The notes under the pieces: generated by a model
Told to the model about the DNA's origin: nothing
What the model saw: the letters and a program-made list of their open reading frames with translations, nothing else
Databases searched by the model: none
Position numbers and translations under genes: made by a program
Shown: one piece after another, positions 8,784 through 17,239 of the stretch
Layout of the letters: every line of letters starts with the position of its first letter
How positions within the stretch are numbered: the first letter of the stretch is position 1
NCBI GenBank assembly: GCA_030145595.1
Contig: JAQYVG010000001.1
Coordinates: 1 to 32,483, forward strand
Reading direction: 5' to 3'
Origin: Desulfobacterales bacterium
GTDB taxonomy: Bacteria > Desulfobacterota > Desulfobacteria > Desulfobacterales > UBA11574
Length of the DNA: 32,483 bases

Positions 8784-10952
8784 ATGCAAGAGCGTTCCGT
8801 TCAATTCTTCGATAAAATAAAGACTTCAAAAAACCTTCCCTCACTTCCTCAAATTCTATTAAAACTGATCGAACTCTGTAATAGTGAAGACAGCACATTC
8901 AAGGACATCGCCCAAGTCATCGATAAGGATACGTCTTTAAGTGCCAAAGTTGTCAAGATGGTCAATTCTGTCTATTATGGACTATCCAAAAGGGTAACAA
9001 GTATTGATCAGTCTCTGGTACTTTTAGGGCAAAATACAATCAAAAATATTGCCATTAGCGCGTCGGTTAATCAAGCTTTCAGCAAAGCAAAAGACAATTC
9101 TGTTTTTGGGTTGAAGGTTTTCTGGAGGCACTCTCTGATGTGTGCCATATTGTCCAAGCTGATTGCTAAAAAGATATCATACGCTTCTCCTGATGAGGCA
9201 TTTTTGACAGGGCTTCTTCACGATATAGGCAAGTTGGTTCTGTGGGTAAACTTTCCCAAAGAATATGCTGATATTCTTAATTCATCAAAAGGTCAGTGGG
9301 ATCTGGTTTTAGCCGGAGAAGCACGCCATGGTACTACTCACTGTGAAGTTGGAGCTTGGCTGATCAAACGCTGGAAGCTTCAATCATTCATGGCAGATGC
9401 AGTGCGTTATCATCATGAAGCAGTCGATAGAATTCAAGATGCTCTTGCTCTCGTTAAGATAATATATGTTGGGAATATCCTTTGTCCCGAAACAAATAAA
9501 GAAAAAGAGGTCAAATTTGGAATAGCCAAAAATATTTTTGGATTTGAAAACTCTGAGGTAGAAGAAATCATCCTTCAAGCCGAAAAAGATGTAATAGATA
9601 TCGCACAATCTTTAGATATAGATATTGAGCCGCTTGATGTTTCAGAAAAAACTGTTTCTGAAAAAGATCATGAAAAACAAGAAGATCTAATCCAGGAAGT
9701 AAAAGACATTACTTTGTTTCATGGCACACTCCAAAATCTTTTAGAGGCTCATGATGAAGATTCTATACTGCAAGCTGCACAGGAAGGGCTTCATATCTTG
9801 TTTGATGTTAAAAATGTTTTATTTTTTCTGCATGAATCAGAAAGAAATATTCTGCTCGGCAAGGGCATCGCTCCTGACAAAAATAATGATCCAATCAATG
9901 AAGTGACAATCCCCTTGCAAAATGGAAAAAGCCTTTTAGCCAAATCCCTTCTCCAAAGAAGGCCCCTTAATTCTTTCAGCGATTCAATCAAAGACAAACT
10001 TGCAATTATAGATGAGCAAATTATCCGCTTAGTTGAACAAGACGGTGTTCTTTGCCTTCCAATGATCGCACACAAACAATATGTTGGTGTAATAGTCTTG
10101 GGATTAGAAGAGGCTCGTGTCTCCCATTTAACTGATAAGATAAAGCTTCTGATGATGTTTACTAAACAGGCGGCTTCAGCTCTTCAAGCAAACTATTTGA
10201 CCCAAAACCAGGCAAAATTAATTCAGTCTGAACGTCTGAGCGCCACGTCAACCATAGCTCAAAAGATTGTTCACGAAGCGAATACCCCATTAAGCGTCAC
10301 AAAAAATTATCTTGCCATTCTGAAGAGAAAATTGTCTGAAGATCAGCCCGTTGAAGAGGAAATCAGGATTATTAATGAGGAAATCGATCGAGTGGCACTT
10401 ATTATAAGTGAATTGTCTGATTTTTCAGAACTTAAAATCCAGCCAAACGATCCTGTGGATGTAAATGCCCTTTTGTCAAACCTGATAAGAATTTTTCAGG
10501 AATCCCTTATACTCAAGCCCGACATCAATACTCATTTAAAGTTAGACCCTTCACTTCCGGCGGTTATGACAGATAAAAACAGAATGACGCAGGTCTTTAG
10601 CAACCTTATCAAAAATGCCGCTGAGGCTATGTCGGGCAGAGGAAATCTTTGTATTAGCACCAGAGATATTTCAAATTACATCGCCGATAAAATAAACCAG
10701 GTTGCAGACAATACACAAGGGTATATGGAAATCATTATCGAAGATGATGGTCCGGGCATTCCTGATAGCGTTAAAGCACAACTCTTTGAACCTTATATTA
10801 CCTCGAAAGGGGCCGGACATGCCGGTTTGGGACTCTCCATTGTTTATAATGCAGTCAAGGAATTAAAGGGGGCCATAACTTGTGAAAGCGGCAATAAAAA
10901 AGGAACGAGTTTTAAAATAGCTTTACCAATAACCCAACATCAAGAATCTTAA
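8784..10952 (+). CDS. HDOD-GAF-HisKA-HATPase sensor histidine kinase
   Basis: HDOD motifs LPSLP, FWRHSL, GLLHDIGKL, YHHE; GAF-like LCLPM..VGVIVL; H-box IVHEANTPL, N-box NLIKNA, DDGPGI, GLGLSIV; ATG 8784 preferred over TTG 8781. Confidence 0.9.
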   Translation: MQERSVQFFDKIKTSKNLPSLPQILLKLIELCNSEDSTFKDIAQVIDKDTSLSAKVVKMVNSVYYGLSKRVTSIDQSLVLLGQNTIKNIAISASVNQAFSKAKDNSVFGLKVFWRHSLMCAILSKLIAKKISYASPDEAFLTGLLHDIGKLVLWVNFPKEYADILNSSKGQWDLVLAGEARHGTTHCEVGAWLIKRWKLQSFMADAVRYHHEAVDRIQDALALVKIIYVGNILCPETNKEKEVKFGIAKNIFGFENSEVEEIILQAEKDVIDIAQSLDIDIEPLDVSEKTVSEKDHEKQEDLIQEVKDITLFHGTLQNLLEAHDEDSILQAAQEGLHILFDVKNVLFFLHESERNILLGKGIAPDKNNDPINEVTIPLQNGKSLLAKSLLQRRPLNSFSDSIKDKLAIIDEQIIRLVEQDGVLCLPMIAHKQYVGVIVLGLEEARVSHLTDKIKLLMMFTKQAASALQANYLTQNQAKLIQSERLSATSTIAQKIVHEANTPLSVTKNYLAILKRKLSEDQPVEEEIRIINEEIDRVALIISELSDFSELKIQPNDPVDVNALLSNLIRIFQESLILKPDINTHLKLDPSLPAVMTDKNRMTQVFSNLIKNAAEAMSGRGNLCISTRDISNYIADKINQVADNTQGYMEIIIEDDGPGIPDSVKAQLFEPYITSKGAGHAGLGLSIVYNAVKELKGAITCESGNKKGTSFKIALPITQHQES

Positions 10953-10967
10953 ATTAAGGAGTTCAAG

Positions 10968-12935
10968 ATGCCCAATAGTCCTAAAGTTCTCATAGTTGAT
11001 GACGACTCCAGAATGTGCGAAAGCTTAAAGGCATTATTAAGCAATCAGGACTATATATTGAAAACATGCAATAGTGGTAAAAAAGCAATAGAATATTTGA
11101 ACAAGGATGATTTTGATCTTGTGCTTCTCGACATGGTTATGCCTGATATGAATGGCTACCAAATCATGGATTATATAAACGATCAAAGTCCTGATACCCT
11201 GGTCATTGTTATTAGCGGACATGCTTCAATAAAATCAGCTATAAAATTTATAAAGAAAGGGGCCTACGACTGCATCAGGAAACCATTCGAGCCGGAAGAA
11301 TTGTTGATTACAGTAAAAAATGCCCTTGATCACAAAAGGTTAGTGAGTGAAAACGATGTTATTAATGAAAAGCTGATACGGACAGAAGAATGTTACAGGT
11401 ATCTGGTTAAAAATTCTCCTGACATTATTTATATGCTGGATAGTCAAGGCAACTTTAAATTTATTAGCAATGCAGCTGAGCGGTTACTCGGTTTTAAAAT
11501 TGAACAACTTATTGGTCAGCACTATACTACTCTTATCCATGGCGATGATTTAGAAAAAGCTAAATGGTCATTTAATGAAAGAAGAACCGGCGATCGTGCT
11601 GCCTCCCAAATGGAATTGCGCCTAAAAGTCTGTGATGAAAATGGTCAGTTTAAGGATAGTAAGGTCGGACACCTGACTATTGAACTGAAATCAAACGGCA
11701 TATACGAAGAGCCGATCAAAAAAGAGGATAAAAAATTCATTGGTACACATGGCGTTATAAGAGACATAGATGACCGGAAGCAGCTTGAATCCCAATTAAA
11801 ACAAGCTTATAAAATGGAAGCTATCGGCACACTCACTGGTGGAATCGCTCATGAATTTAACAACATCCTCGGTATCATTTTAGGTAATACGGAATTAGCA
11901 CTGGATGATGTTCCTGAGTGGAATCCTGCTCATTTCAACCTTGAAGAGATTAAAACAGCAGGCCTGCGTGCCAAAAATGTTGTCAGACAGCTTCTCAGTT
12001 TCATCCGAAAAACCGACATAAAGCGACAACCTATAAGTCTAATCCCCGTCATCAAAGACGCTCTCAAGTTTTTGCGATCCACGTTAACTGCTAATATTGA
12101 TATTCGTCAGAACATTCAAGATACAGCTGATACCATCCTTGCTGATCCAACTCAAATCAATCAGATAATGATCAATTTATGCACTAATGCTTCTCACGCC
12201 GTGGAAGAAACCGGGGGGATGCTGGAAGTCGGAATGCAAAATGTTTTTTTGGATGAAGATTCAACTTCTATGCTTGACCCTGAATTGACCCAGGGCAACT
12301 ATGTCAAAGTGACTGTAAGCGATACTGGTCATGGCATAGCCCCGGAAATCCTAGAACGGATATTTGATCCCTATTTTACAACAAAAGAAGTTGGAAAAGG
12401 TTCCGGTTTGGGGCTATCAGTGGTTCAAGGCATTGTCAAAATCCATAAAGGTGCAATTACTGTTGACAGCGAACTCGGCAAAGGAACCACTTTTAGCGTT
12501 TTTTTTCCCTTGACTGAAGAAGAAGTGGTGACAGAATCTAAAACTATTGAGAAACTTCCTACTGGTAATGAAAAAATACTCTTTGTTGATGATGAAGAAT
12601 CAATCGTGTTTATTGTGCAACAGATACTGGAGCGATTGGGATATCAGGTCGAAGTAAAAATAAATCCTGTCGAAGCTCTGGAATTATTTCGTTTGAACCC
12701 TGATCAATTTGATCTGGTGATCACCGACATGGCGATGCCGCAGATGACCGGTGACAAGCTGGTGAAAGAAATTTTAAACATCCGCTCTGAAATGCCGATA
12801 ATCTTCTGTACCGGATTTAGTGAAAAAGTTGCAGAGGAAAACGCAAAAGAACTTGGCGTCAAAGCTTTTGCCATGAAACCCCTGGTTATACGCGATCTTG
12901 CAATGGTGGTTCGAAAAGTTCTGGATGAGGTATAA
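10968..12935 (+). CDS. Hybrid sensor kinase/response regulator REC-PAS-HisKA-HATPase-REC
   Basis: N-terminal REC (LIVDDD, LLDMVMP, KPF), PAS (SPDIIY..G.F..IS), H-box GGIAHEFNNIL, DTGHGI, FDPYFTTK, GSGLGL, C-terminal REC (LFVDDE, ITDMAMP). Confidence 0.93.
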   Translation: MPNSPKVLIVDDDSRMCESLKALLSNQDYILKTCNSGKKAIEYLNKDDFDLVLLDMVMPDMNGYQIMDYINDQSPDTLVIVISGHASIKSAIKFIKKGAYDCIRKPFEPEELLITVKNALDHKRLVSENDVINEKLIRTEECYRYLVKNSPDIIYMLDSQGNFKFISNAAERLLGFKIEQLIGQHYTTLIHGDDLEKAKWSFNERRTGDRAASQMELRLKVCDENGQFKDSKVGHLTIELKSNGIYEEPIKKEDKKFIGTHGVIRDIDDRKQLESQLKQAYKMEAIGTLTGGIAHEFNNILGIILGNTELALDDVPEWNPAHFNLEEIKTAGLRAKNVVRQLLSFIRKTDIKRQPISLIPVIKDALKFLRSTLTANIDIRQNIQDTADTILADPTQINQIMINLCTNASHAVEETGGMLEVGMQNVFLDEDSTSMLDPELTQGNYVKVTVSDTGHGIAPEILERIFDPYFTTKEVGKGSGLGLSVVQGIVKIHKGAITVDSELGKGTTFSVFFPLTEEEVVTESKTIEKLPTGNEKILFVDDEESIVFIVQQILERLGYQVEVKINPVEALELFRLNPDQFDLVITDMAMPQMTGDKLVKEILNIRSEMPIIFCTGFSEKVAEENAKELGVKAFAMKPLVIRDLAMVVRKVLDEV

Positions 12936-12967
12936 AAAAAGGAGATGTCAGGGGACATCTCCTTTTT
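12934..12967. terminator. Bidirectional intrinsic terminator between hybrid kinase and sat
   Basis: AAAAAGGAGATGTC-AGGG-GACATCTCCTTTTT with A run on the left and T run on the right, between convergent genes. Confidence 0.88.
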
Positions 12968-13010
12968 ATGCTGCAGGTCAAACTGATTTTGTTATCAGGA
13001 TTATGAAAGA

Positions 13011-14288
13011 TTACTCTTCGCCGGTTGCAGCGCCGTGCATCTTGATTTCGACTTTTTCTTCAAGCTCTTCATAGTACTGGCGAAGGATTTCAACAACTTC
13101 ATCCCGTCCAAAATGATCGGGAAGCTCGCCGCCTTCTGAAAGCATTTTGCGCAGCATGGTTCCGGAGAGCAGTACCCGGTCCTCTTTGCCGTGGGGGCAA
13201 GTCCTTAAGGATGCCATACCGTCGCACTTGTAGCAGTAGAAGGTCCAGTCGATCTTTAAAGGTTTGCACAGCAGCATTTTGCCGGGATCATCAGAGGTCG
13301 GAATCTTGTCAAAGATCGTCTGGGCTTCGAACATGCCGTAAAAGTCACCCACACCGGCATGGTCCCGGCCGATAATCATGCGTGAGCAGCCGTAGTTCTG
13401 ACGGAAGGTGGCATGCAGCAGGCCTTCACGGGGCCCGGCATAGCGCATGTCAAGGGGATAACCGCCCTGTACCACGTTATTTTCCACAAAGTAGCCCTTT
13501 ACAAGGGCATCGATGCATTTAACGCGAACGTCGGCCGGAATATCACCCGGTTTCAGGTTACCGACCAGCGAGTGAATATAGACACCGTCGCAAACTTCAA
13601 CGGCAATCTTGCACAGGTATTCGTGGGATCGGTGCATGGGATTTCTGAGCTGCAGCGCGGCAATCTCGGTCCAGCCTTTATCTTCGAAGATCTTGCGGGA
13701 GTCTTCGGGCCGCATATAGGTGCCCGCAAATTCGACGGGGTATTCACCTTCACTCAACACTTTGACCGGACCGGCGATATTAACATCATTCTGCGCCATG
13801 ACCATCTGAACGCCGGGGTGATCGTCTTGGGAAACTTTCCAGAATTCCTCGACCGTTGGGGTCCCTTCCCCCATAAAAACCTTCTCGCATTCATACTTTT
13901 TGTCGGCCTCGGTCATTTCATACTTCTCGGTGACCTGCATAGTGGCCATGATTTCATCGCCTTCCGGGTCGTAAAGTGCAATCTCATCGCCTTCACTAAT
14001 ACCGTCAGCATCTTCTTTGGATGCATCCAGCGTCACCGGAATGGGCCAGAATGTCCCGTCGGCAATTTGAAAATTATCACAAACACCCTGCCAGTCCGCC
14101 TTGGTCATAAAACCTGTCAGCGGGCTGAAGCCTCCGATCCCCATCATGATTAAGTCACCCTTTGAGCGTGGTGCAATAGAGATCTTTTTAAGGCCCTCGG
14201 CCTTTTTCTTTTCCGCTTCCAATTCAGCGCCTTCAAGTAGGCAGCAAGTTAAGCCTTTGCCGCCATGAGGTGGAATTAAATTTGACAT
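13011..14288 (-). CDS. sat: Sulfate adenylyltransferase (dissimilatory ATP sulfurylase)
   Basis: LIPPHGG start, [42 protein letters not shown], Zn motif CYKC..CPH. Confidence 0.98.
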   Translation of the reverse strand: MSNLIPPHGGKGLTCCLLEGAELEAEKKKAEGLKKISIAPRSKGDLIMMGIGGFSPLTGFMTKADWQGVCDNFQIADGTFWPIPVTLDASKEDADGISEGDEIALYDPEGDEIMATMQVTEKYEMTEADKKYECEKVFMGEGTPTVEEFWKVSQDDHPGVQMVMAQNDVNIAGPVKVLSEGEYPVEFAGTYMRPEDSRKIFEDKGWTEIAALQLRNPMHRSHEYLCKIAVEVCDGVYIHSLVGNLKPGDIPADVRVKCIDALVKGYFVENNVVQGGYPLDMRYAGPREGLLHATFRQNYGCSRMIIGRDHAGVGDFYGMFEAQTIFDKIPTSDDPGKMLLCKPLKIDWTFYCYKCDGMASLRTCPHGKEDRVLLSGTMLRKMLSEGGELPDHFGRDEVVEILRQYYEELEEKVEIKMHGAATGEE

Positions 14289-14430
14289 AAGTCTTTCTCT
14301 CCTTTCGCTTTTTATATTAAAATAAATGGCTTTTAGAACACCATCTCGATTTTACCAAAAGAGTACAATTAATAGGGATAAAACTATTTGTCAAGCAGAA
14401 TTCCAGCACTAATGTGTCAATCGCTTTCAA

Positions 14431-14478
14431 ATGCAATATATTGTATTATTTATATTGTTGACACGCAATATATACTGG
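14431..14478. promoter_or_regulatory. Tandem NrdR-box-like palindromes in sat / divergent gene intergenic region
   Basis: ATGCAATATATTGTAT (14431-14446) and ACGCAATATATACTGG (14463-14478); starts 32 bp apart; they straddle TTGACA at 14458. Confidence 0.45.
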
Positions 14479-14487
14479 CGATATGCT
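14458..14487 (+). promoter_or_regulatory. Putative sigma70 promoter for 14665..15102
   Basis: TTGACA (14458-14463), 18-bp spacer, TATGCT (14482-14487). Confidence 0.5.
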
Positions 14488-14600
14488 TTTTCCCAGAAAG
14501 TCGATAATAGTAGACAAAAATTGAATGATTTATTAATATGCTTAACGAATCAAACATATTGCGAAATTGACTATCTTTTTTCTCAAGCTATTAGATCGAG

Positions 14601-14634
14601 TTAGTGTCCATCCATAAATACTTTTGAGCACTAA
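14601..14634. repeat. Dispersed repeat TTAGTGTCCATCCATAAAT (likely MITE end remnant)
   Basis: 19-mer identical at 14601-14619 and 22731-22749; 14/15 match at 15103-15117; this copy is closed by CACTAA (inverted TTAGTG) at 14629-14634. Confidence 0.7.
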
Positions 14635-14664
14635 ATAGTTTTATCAACAAAAAGGGGGGGGCGA

Positions 14665-15102
14665 ATGACTGCAATAAATTTAGAAGAGGCCAGAATCAAC
14701 TTAGAAGGCCAATGGCTGTCTGCTGAAGATCTGACTAGCATGATCCAGGAAAAAATGCAGGCCGGTGATATGAAATTTTCAAATCTTGCCACTGCCCTGG
14801 AGGAGCTTAACAACGCGCTGGAAAATTCAACCACGTTGGATATAAAGCTTGTTCTTACAAAAGGAGAATACGAAAAATTAAAAGCTGCCGGCGGTGACGA
14901 TGACCGCAAGTCTGTTCGCAAAGCGCTCATGGCGTTCATCGGCGGCAGTACCGCCGGCCTAAAGAGGCTGGCTATTAAATGCCCCAAATGTAAAGCTTCT
15001 ATCGAGATACCAACAGATGAAAGACCCCTTGATGTCGAATGCCCCAAGTGTGGTACCGGCGGCCGTTTAACAGCACAGAACAAGTGGGCCAAGCTCGACT
15101 AA
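14665..15102 (+). CDS. Hypothetical protein with putative ribbon-helix-helix segment and C-terminal zinc ribbon
   Basis: 145 aa with G-rich SD; LDIKLVL-TKGEYEKLKAAG-G-DDRKSVRKALMAFIG has a beta-helix-turn-helix pattern; two CPKC motifs (CPKC-x16-CPKC). Confidence 0.8.
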   Translation: MTAINLEEARINLEGQWLSAEDLTSMIQEKMQAGDMKFSNLATALEELNNALENSTTLDIKLVLTKGEYEKLKAAGGDDDRKSVRKALMAFIGGSTAGLKRLAIKCPKCKASIEIPTDERPLDVECPKCGTGGRLTAQNKWAKLD

Positions 15103-15216
15103 TTAGTGCCCATCCATTTAGGACTTTTTAAGGGCTCGCCAATAATACCTTCGCATTTTCCTACCCTGCCACGATTCTTAACGGTCGCAACGTTAAAAAA
15201 TGGCCCTATAATCAGC

Positions 15217-15244
15217 TTGATTTTTCTTAAAAACATAATATAAT
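15217..15244 (+). promoter_or_regulatory. Putative promoter of csp gene (implies ~120-nt 5' UTR)
   Basis: TTGATT (15217-15222), 16-bp spacer, TATAAT (15239-15244); UTR hairpin GGTCCGTT/GGCGGACC at 15261-15283. Confidence 0.55.
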
Positions 15245-15371
15245 ACAATTAATCAATAAAGGTCCGTTCTTAATTGGCGGACCGGTTTCGCTCTGAAGGC
15301 AAGATCCATTTGTCAAAGCGGCAACCTGCAGTTTGGAACCATGAGAATTTTTTTGAAAGGAGCGTGTCACT

Positions 15372-15572
15372 ATGGCTAATGGAATTGTAAAATGGTTTAA
15401 TAGCAGCAAAGGTTATGGCTTCATTGAGCAGGAAGATGGCCCGGATGTATTTGTTCATCATTCAGGCATCAATGCTACCGGTTTCAAGACTCTCTATGAA
15501 GGCGACCGGGTTACTTTTGACATTGAGCAGGGGCAAAAAGGTCCTGCTGCAGTAAATGTCACTGTAGTTTAG
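15372..15572 (+). CDS. csp: Cold-shock protein (CspA family)
   Basis: GIVKWFN, RNP1 KGYGFI, RNP2 [20 protein letters not shown]; SD AAGGAG. Confidence 0.97.
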   Translation: MANGIVKWFNSSKGYGFIEQEDGPDVFVHHSGINATGFKTLYEGDRVTFDIEQGQKGPAAVNVTVV

Positions 15573-15590
15573 CTTAAATTTTTGAATTAG

Positions 15591-15631
15591 AAAAGGGCGT
15601 TCCATTTGATTTTAAATGAACGCCCTTTTTT
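15591..15631 (+). terminator. Intrinsic terminator of csp
   Basis: AAAAGGGCGTTC ... GAACGCCCTTTT stem followed by T run. Confidence 0.8.
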
Positions 15632-15661
15632 GTGGTTTTTATTCTTTTTGCAACCAAAATT

Positions 15662-15706
15662 GCTGGTCTCGCAAAAAGGTAGGAAAACGACCTTTTTACG
15701 AGAGTA
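15662..15706. repeat. Miniature inverted repeat related to the ends of the 26031-26182 element
   Basis: TCTCGCAAAAAGGT (15667-15680) / ACCTTTTTACGAGA (15690-15703), 13/14 complementary; GCTGGTCTCGCAAAAAG resembles GATGGCGTCGTAAAAAG. Confidence 0.6.
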
Positions 15707-15798
15707 TTTTGTATTTGGTTTTTAGTGTTTGGTGATTTAACATAATGGCATATAAGCATATATTTCAAGGAAAACACAAAATACTAAACACCAAACAC
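15704..15798. repeat. Inverted heptamer-array cassette
   Basis: Left GTATTTT GTATTTG GTTTTTA GTGTTTG GTGATTT (15704-15738); right AAAACAC AAAATAC TAAACAC CAAACAC (15771-15798). Confidence 0.75.
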
Positions 15799-15847
15799 CT
15801 GATGAATTTTGTTTTTTAGAATTTCATCACAACTTGCCGGTAGCGGC

Positions 15848-16945
15848 GTGAAAAACGTTTTGCTGAAATTTTTCATTCTGGCTTCAATGCTGTTGGGGCT
15901 GCCCATGCTGGGCATCATTCTTGCGGGGTACCCGGTTTTAAGATATTTGGAGTTTCCTCCTGAAACGCTGTACGTTTCCCATGCACCGTTTTCCTGGGTT
16001 GCTTTTACTGCTTACACTCTTTTTATTACTGCAGTGGTACTGCCACTCTTTATTCCGGTGATTCGATCAATCCGGCGATCTATACCAGATAGTGCGACCG
16101 TCTTTCCTTTTCCGTGGTGGGGCCGGCTGGGAGTTATTACCGGCATGCTTTTTTGGATACTGGCCTGGACCCGCTTCCCCTGGTTTGCCGGCCTGCAGCC
16201 ACATACGTTCACTCCCTTGTGGCTTTCGTATATCCTGGTCATCAACGCCCTGTGTTATCGGCGCAGCGGCCGCTGCATGTTAATCAACCGCAGTCGATAT
16301 TTTCTGCTCCTTTTCCCGGCAAGTGCGGCCTTCTGGTGGTTTTTTGAATACCTAAACCGGTTTGTTCAGAACTGGCACTACACGGGTGTCCATTACGGTA
16401 CCGTGAAGTATTTCTGTCTTGCTACCCTACCGTTTTCAACCGTACTGCCTGCGGTTTTAGGAACCCGGGAGTGGATTGCCGGCTTTCCCTGGATTAAGCA
16501 GGAGTTCAAACATTTTCTGCCTCTTGGCTTTTCACACCCCAAACTTGCGGCCTGGACCGCTCTGGGGATATCCGCTTGCGGCTTGACCGGCATCGGTATC
16601 TGGCCGGATTACCTTTTTCCCCTCCTGTGGGTATCACCTCTGATGATCATCGTTTCACTGCAGGCCCTAATGCGAGAAAGGCATGTACTGTCAGTCATCT
16701 TTAAGGGCGATTGGCGCGGTGTGATTTCTTCAGCGGCGGCGGCACTGTTTTGCGGCCTGTTTTGGGAGATGTGGAACTACTATAGTCTTGCCAAATGGCA
16801 CTACAGTGTACCGTTTGTCCACCGTTTTCAAATATTTGAAATGCCGCTTTTAGGGTTTGCCGGCTACCTTCCTTTCGGGCTCGAGTGCCTTGTGATCGGA
16901 GACCTGCTCTCTCGTCTACAAAATCCAGTTGACAAATCAAAATGA
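15848..16945 (+). CDS. Hypothetical polytopic membrane protein
   Basis: About 9-10 hydrophobic segments; internally repeated motifs FWWFFEYLN..NWHY and FWEMWNYYSLAKWHY, FEMPLLGFAGYLPFG; start uncertain (TTG 15809, GTG 15848 or ATG 15887). Confidence 0.8.
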   Translation: MKNVLLKFFILASMLLGLPMLGIILAGYPVLRYLEFPPETLYVSHAPFSWVAFTAYTLFITAVVLPLFIPVIRSIRRSIPDSATVFPFPWWGRLGVITGMLFWILAWTRFPWFAGLQPHTFTPLWLSYILVINALCYRRSGRCMLINRSRYFLLLFPASAAFWWFFEYLNRFVQNWHYTGVHYGTVKYFCLATLPFSTVLPAVLGTREWIAGFPWIKQEFKHFLPLGFSHPKLAAWTALGISACGLTGIGIWPDYLFPLLWVSPLMIIVSLQALMRERHVLSVIFKGDWRGVISSAAAALFCGLFWEMWNYYSLAKWHYSVPFVHRFQIFEMPLLGFAGYLPFGLECLVIGDLLSRLQNPVDKSK

Positions 16946-16990
16946 ATAGAAGCAACATCCTTATGCCTCGTCAGATCAAATAATGTTGGT

Positions 16991-17060
16991 TCACCGCCGG
17001 CCGGCCCCGCTGAAAACGGGGTGCGCGCAAAGGCAAAAAATATGTGCGTCTCTGCGGTGA
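16991..17060. repeat. Degenerate inverted-repeat element with nested GC hairpin
   Basis: TCACCGC (16991-16997) / GCGGTGA (17054-17060) ends; internal GCCCCG-CTGAAAA-CGGGGT hairpin 17004-17022. Confidence 0.45.
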
Positions 17061-17080
17061 GATACCATTTCCGGGCTAAA

Positions 17081-17157
17081 GTGCTATATATAGGTTTTTT
17101 TAATTGACAGACAACAATATGTTGATATATGGAGAATGAAAATGCAACATAGTGATA
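17081..17157. promoter_or_regulatory. Three NrdR-box-like palindromes around the GT4 promoter
   Basis: GTGCTATATATAGGTT (17081), CAACAATATGTTGATA (17112), ATGCAACATAGTGATA (17142); spacings 31 and 30 bp; TTGACA at 17104-17109 lies between boxes 1 and 2. Confidence 0.45.
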
Positions 17158-17239
17158 ATATGCTAAAGTAATTTGTTCTGCCCGTCGAAATAAGTTTAGA
17201 AAACATACCGACCAGCTACAACTTAGAAAGTATGATAAT

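Noticed and set aside
13413-14153. 246-aa ORF antisense to sat (likewise 23894..24823 antisense to fhs)
   Set aside because: Fully overlaps a conserved enzyme gene on the opposite strand and has no motifs
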